A stretch of DNA of 58,181 nucleotides from a virus (lineage: Duplodnaviria; Caudoviricetes), in the IMG/VR virus record IMGVR_UViG_3300030330_005553, positions 1-58,181 of that record, one strand, 5' to 3'. The translations under genes and the position numbers were made by a program. Of the stretch, positions 56,487-58,181 are shown in pieces. Every line of letters begins with the position of its first letter. Positions within the stretch are counted from its first letter, which is position 1. The notes beneath the pieces were generated by a model. That model was not told the origin of the DNA. It did no database searches and saw nothing but the letters and a program-made list of their open reading frames with translations.

Positions 56487-56708
56487 ATGGGAAATAATCA
56501 TGCTCAAGATCGATACGATCCACCTGGAATTGGAAGTGAATTTGAACAACAAGTGTATGGTGATGTTGTGAAGGGTGAGATATTTAGAATAGCACCTAAG
56601 AATTCTGCTAAGAAATATCGTAAGATAGATGAGAATATCTGTCACGACATTGAAGAGAATCTAACCACTAGATTTAATATGGATCTAAAAGTGTATGTCA
56701 AGTCGTAG
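56487..56708 (+). CDS. Hypothetical protein
   Basis: GGAG RBS. Confidence 0.65.
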   Translation: MGNNHAQDRYDPPGIGSEFEQQVYGDVVKGEIFRIAPKNSAKKYRKIDENICHDIEENLTTRFNMDLKVYVKS

Positions 56709-57198
56709 TTTCGAAAAACCAATTCGGATTCCTGGCAAACAGATTGCTGTCACACAGAAAATGATTGAGGATGCTCAAGCCGTTACTAAATCTAATAGTG
56801 CGGCTGCTCGTTGGCTAGGAATCCACTATCTAACCTATCGTAAGTATGCCAAAATATATGGGTTATGGGAAAGGCATTTGAATCCTGAAGGAGTTGGTAT
56901 CAAGAAAGGTTATGGTAAGTACAGAAAACCATTAGATCAACTTTTAAGCAAAGAAAATAGGAAGATAAGATTAGGTTTGACATATCTGAAAAACAGATTG
57001 ATTGACGAGGGCTGGGTTCAAGAGGAGTGCAACTCTTGTAATTACAACGAGGTTGTGCTTGGTAAAGACAGAGTTCTACTTAGGATTGACTTTATAGATG
57101 GGAATAGAGACAATCACAGAATAGACAATTTACGATTACTCTGTCCTAATTGTTATTTTTCATTCAACGGGCAGTTCCCATCATCAGGTAATTTCTAG
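56695..57198 (+). CDS. HTH plus degenerate HNH-domain protein
   Basis: SNSAAARWLGIHYLTYRKYAK (HTH); CNSC...DFIDGNRDNHRIDNLRLLCPNCY. Confidence 0.75.
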   Translation: MSSRSFEKPIRIPGKQIAVTQKMIEDAQAVTKSNSAAARWLGIHYLTYRKYAKIYGLWERHLNPEGVGIKKGYGKYRKPLDQLLSKENRKIRLGLTYLKNRLIDEGWVQEECNSCNYNEVVLGKDRVLLRIDFIDGNRDNHRIDNLRLLCPNCYFSFNGQFPSSGNF

Positions 57199-57368
57199 TG
57201 AAAGGTAGATTGAAAGAAAACTATTTTTCTGCTGATGGAGCATTATATAAAGATGATCAAGTTACGATACATACGATTGATCAGATTACAAAGAAGTTTC
57301 GTGTAGAGAGTAAAGATGGTAAATTATATTCAGTTCCACAAGACAAAATAATGCTTGACAAAAAATAA
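57198..57368 (+). CDS. Hypothetical 56-aa protein (below the ORF-track cutoff)
   Basis: GTG overlapping TAG of the previous gene; MKGRLKENYFSADGALYKDDQV...MLDKK; fills the gap. Confidence 0.6.
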   Translation: MKGRLKENYFSADGALYKDDQVTIHTIDQITKKFRVESKDGKLYSVPQDKIMLDKK

Positions 57369-57383
57369 TTTTCTTCGTAAATT
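57355..57383 (+). promoter_or_regulatory. Sigma70-type promoter TTGACA-17-TAAATT with TTCG before the -10
   Basis: Same architecture as 11586 and 22995. Confidence 0.7.
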
Positions 57384-57389
57384 AGGTTC

Positions 57390-58121
57390 ATGAATAAAGA
57401 ACTAGAAGATAAATTATATGATCCTTATGATGATGAAGAATACGAGGACCTTGAGTTAATTAAACTCTTTCATTCCCATCAGGAGCAAAGGTTTAAAACC
57501 GATTTCAAATCGAAGAAGATAATAGATTGGCTTGAGCGTAAAGTTATTGATTGTCACAAAGATGAAAATCCACTAATCAAAACTAAACTAAGAGAGGTAT
57601 CAGTTGAACAAGGATTGGCTATTGCAGAAGAACTATTTCAGATACTTAACAAAAGAGGGGACGGCATTGGGTTGGCAGCTAATCAAGTGGGAATTGATGC
57701 ACAGGTGGCCGTTGTCAATGTTCGTGAACCTTTGGTACTCATCAACCCTCAGTACATTAAGAAAGAAAATGAAATAGTATATGGTGAGGGTTGTTTATCT
57801 TTTCCAGGTCATGCCATACGAACAAAAAGATATAGAGATATAATTATATCCACTGAACAATCGGAAAGTGATTGGTATTTTAGTGGCGCTGAAGAAAACT
57901 CAGACGGTAAGAGTGGTTGGGATAAGGGTAATATGAATCAAGATCGAGAGAATAGATTATTAGAGGCTGTTTGTATTCAACACGAAATCGACCACTTGAA
58001 TGGTATAACGATTCACGATAGAGAGATGAAATTAGAACCGACCAAAGTAGAAAAGAAAGTTGGTCGTAATGAGCCATGTCCATGCGGTAGTGGTAAAAAA
58101 CATAAGAAGTGTTGTCTATGA
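57390..58121 (+). CDS. def: Peptide deformylase with C-terminal SEC-C motif
   Basis: [22 protein letters not shown]; [20 protein letters not shown]. Confidence 0.92.
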   Translation: MNKELEDKLYDPYDDEEYEDLELIKLFHSHQEQRFKTDFKSKKIIDWLERKVIDCHKDENPLIKTKLREVSVEQGLAIAEELFQILNKRGDGIGLAANQVGIDAQVAVVNVREPLVLINPQYIKKENEIVYGEGCLSFPGHAIRTKRYRDIIISTEQSESDWYFSGAEENSDGKSGWDKGNMNQDRENRLLEAVCIQHEIDHLNGITIHDREMKLEPTKVEKKVGRNEPCPCGSGKKHKKCCL

Positions 58122-58181
58122 AAATCAGAGATATAGTCAGACCATTGTTACAAGAGATATATCAACCCGATGGTTGGAAAA
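58118..58181 (+). CDS. Partial CDS, possibly MBD4/HhH-GPD glycosylase-like
   Basis: ATGA overlap; [21 protein letters not shown] resembles the LxQE...DPWK start of MBD4-like domains; only 21 codons visible. Confidence 0.3.
   Translation, partial: MKIRDIVRPLLQEIYQPDGWK

Noticed and set aside
1342-58083. All minus-strand ORFs and short alternative-frame plus-strand ORFs in the track
   Set aside because: They lie within or opposite well-supported + strand genes and lack RBSs or motifs; 3292-3483(-) is the shadow of the +1-frame extension
1-58181. Stop-codon reassignment as seen in some large phages
   Set aside because: TAA, TAG and TGA all end full-length recognisable genes; no fragmented core genes
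1-58181. tRNA or rRNA genes
   Set aside because: Intergenic gaps are short and no cloverleaf or T-loop signature was seen; tRNAscan not run

Overview
58 kb segment of a large T4-like (contractile-tailed) bacteriophage genome, AT-rich, standard genetic code, with every credible gene on the + strand. Order: (1) 1-11597 tail module (sheath, tube, chaperone/hub-assembly gene with a hidden +1-frameshift extension, tape measure, baseplate); (2) 11620-27866 replication module (compact family-A polymerase, SSB, UvsX/RecA, 5'-3' exonuclease, helicase, DNA methyltransferase, class II B12-dependent RNR, family-B polymerase with a PIP box, clamp, clamp loader); (3) 27863-30843 accessory genes (ClpP, Cas4-like nuclease, SLOG, RHH); (4) 30862-55977 a ~25 kb glycosylation island with about 13 glycosyltransferase-like genes, about 10 nucleotide-sugar enzymes (including an apparent GDP-N-formylperosamine pathway), methyltransferases and a deacetylase, but no recognisable O-antigen export machinery; (5) 56006-end small ORFs, a degenerate HNH protein and a peptide deformylase-SEC-C fusion. 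Best leads: a putative virion-glycosylation system sharing an identical 16-bp upstream motif with tail genes, an unannotated +1 frameshift upstream of the tape measure gene, a signal-peptide/poly-Lys/amphipathic-helix peptide in the tail operon, and a hairpin presenting an anti-Shine-Dalgarno loop next to the uvsX RBS. All assignments come from reading motifs by eye; no searches were run.
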